Of a stretch of 64,000 nt of DNA, positions 63,045 to 64,000 are shown in pieces. The notes under the pieces were generated by a model. That model saw only the letters and a program-made list of their open reading frames with translations. It had not been told where the DNA came from and did no database searches. The translations under genes and the position numbers were made by a program. Source of the stretch: Gammaproteobacteria bacterium (GTDB lineage Bacteria; Pseudomonadota; Gammaproteobacteria; SZUA-229); contig JAOUNI010000002.1 in NCBI GenBank assembly GCA_029881035.1, positions 64,565-128,564 on the forward strand. Direction: 5' to 3'. How positions within the stretch are numbered: position 1 is the stretch's first letter; every line of letters starts with the position of its first letter.

Positions 63045-63977
63045 ATGATCGGACGAATCATCGAAGTGGCTGATGACAAACGCTATATGTTTGTCTCACG
63101 AGGTTTTCTGGTCGTTCAGGATACTGATGGCGAAAGAAAAGAGCTAGGCCAGATCCCACTGGATGACATAACAGCAGTTATAGCCAATGCACATGGTCTT
63201 AGTTACTCCAATAATCTTCTGGTTGCACTGGCAGAACGTGGCGCACCCTTTGTTCTCTGTGCCGCTAATCACAATGCCGTGGGCATGCTATGGCCGGTTG
63301 ACGGTCATTACCAGCAGGCCAAACGCTTTGATGCGCAGATCGCTGCAAAAAAACCAACTAACAAACGTATCTGGTCAGAACTGATTAAATCAAAAATTCA
63401 GCAACAGGCGGCCGCGCTAGATGCAGCAGGTCAGGCGTCAGTACCCGTAGCCGTACTGGTCAATAAAATACGCTCGGGAGACCCAAACAATATTGAAGCG
63501 CAGGCGGCCAGACGCTACTGGTCACTACTATTTGGCAAGACATTTCGTCGCGACAAAAATGCCAGCGGCATTAACGGGCTGCTGAATTATGGCTACACTA
63601 TTTACCGCGCCGCAACCGCACGCGCCATCATCGCCGCCGGGTTACACCCTACTATTGGCGTACATCATTCCAATGAAGGCAACCCGATGCGCCTGGTCGA
63701 TGATTTAATGGAGCCATTCCGTCCTCTCGTCGATTTACTTGTCTGGCAAATGAGTAATGCAGGCAAAGAGCAGGTGACCGCAGAAACCAAACGAATCCTC
63801 GTGCGCTCGCTTTACGATGACATGCAAACCAGTTCAGGCACAACACCCACAACAGTATGCATGCAGCGCCTTGCTATATCCCTCGCCCAGATTTATCTTG
63901 GTGAGCGAGAAGAACTCGATTTACCCTATCCTGCCTTACCATTAACACTTGCGGCTAGCCTGTCTGATGACTGGTGA
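63045..63977 (+). CDS. cas1: CRISPR-associated endonuclease Cas1 (type II)
   Basis: 310 aa; resembles type II-C Cas1 (..PLDDITAVI.., LLVALAERGAPFVLC, GYTIYRAATARAII); starts 4 bp after the cas9 stop. Confidence 0.95.
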   Translation: MIGRIIEVADDKRYMFVSRGFLVVQDTDGERKELGQIPLDDITAVIANAHGLSYSNNLLVALAERGAPFVLCAANHNAVGMLWPVDGHYQQAKRFDAQIAAKKPTNKRIWSELIKSKIQQQAAALDAAGQASVPVAVLVNKIRSGDPNNIEAQAARRYWSLLFGKTFRRDKNASGINGLLNYGYTIYRAATARAIIAAGLHPTIGVHHSNEGNPMRLVDDLMEPFRPLVDLLVWQMSNAGKEQVTAETKRILVRSLYDDMQTSSGTTPTTVCMQRLAISLAQIYLGEREELDLPYPALPLTLAASLSDDW

Positions 63978-63980
63978 ACC

Positions 63981-64000
63981 ATGCTAAGCGGTTATCGAAT
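63981..64000 (+). CDS. cas2: Probable 5' end of cas2 (MLSGYR...), truncated by the window edge
   Basis: ATG 4 bp after the cas1 stop. Type II Cas2 proteins begin M.YRYMR-like. Only 6 codons are visible. Confidence 0.35.

Noticed and set aside
63652-63852. 66-aa antisense ORF within cas1
   Set aside because: It lies inside a confident Cas1 CDS on the opposite strand.

Overview
This is a gammaproteobacterial chromosomal window, moderately AT-rich, dominated by conserved housekeeping operons. On the + strand it carries dsbD-tlpA, aroQ-accB-accC, lpoA-yraN-diaA and the yrbG-kdsD-kdsC-lptC-lptA-lptB-rpoN-hpf-ptsN-hprK-rapZ-EIIA(Man)-HPr-EI block. On the - strand it carries groESL, fxsA, rsmI, the cytochrome bc1 operon petABC, sspAB, hisC, hisDG, murA and mlaFEDCB. 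Two regions stand out.

1. A roughly 11 kb cluster of co-directional genes on the - strand, about 19.6-30.9 kb. It begins with a sigma-54-type promoter with flanking palindromic UAS-like repeats, and a PAS-containing sigma-54 activator gene diverges from it; rpoN lies in the same window. The cluster encodes:
- an SCP2 lipid-binding protein;
- an RND membrane-fusion protein with a Gly/Tyr/Ser-rich insertion;
- an RND pump with a roughly 230-aa Lys/Ala-rich histone-H1-like C-terminal tail;
- four tandem genes for secreted or membrane-anchored, extremely low-complexity Gly/Tyr/Asn/Trp/Gln-rich proteins, two of which share a repeated PxW[VI]K[DQ]RQAQM[DE] motif;
- a secreted 254-aa protein, an orphan ParA-like ATPase, a TPR membrane protein, and a Cys-rich membrane protein.
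I cannot assign this ensemble to any described system. It is the best candidate for a novel envelope-associated or structural-protein system. A sulfur-globule-protein or extracellular-matrix-like role is a hypothesis only.

2. A compact type II-C CRISPR-Cas locus at the 3' end of the window. cas9 (1021 aa, with RuvC-I/II/III and HNH motifs), cas1 and the first codons of cas2 are inserted immediately downstream of ptsI. The repeat array and any tracrRNA anti-repeat lie outside the window or are unrecognisable without the repeat sequence.

Other observations:
- groESL is preceded by a perfect CIRCE element plus a sigma-32-like promoter, and the same promoter motif recurs upstream of ibpA.
- A roughly 68-bp hairpin repeat element occurs twice, at convergent gene ends.
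- A frameshifted ORF remnant lies next to the second repeat copy.
- A small Cys-rich unannotated ORF sits at 39431-39595.
- A secreted protein at 872-1756 has alpha-carbonic-anhydrase-like HxH / E-H / ExHxxH motifs.

No rRNA or tRNA genes were recognised.
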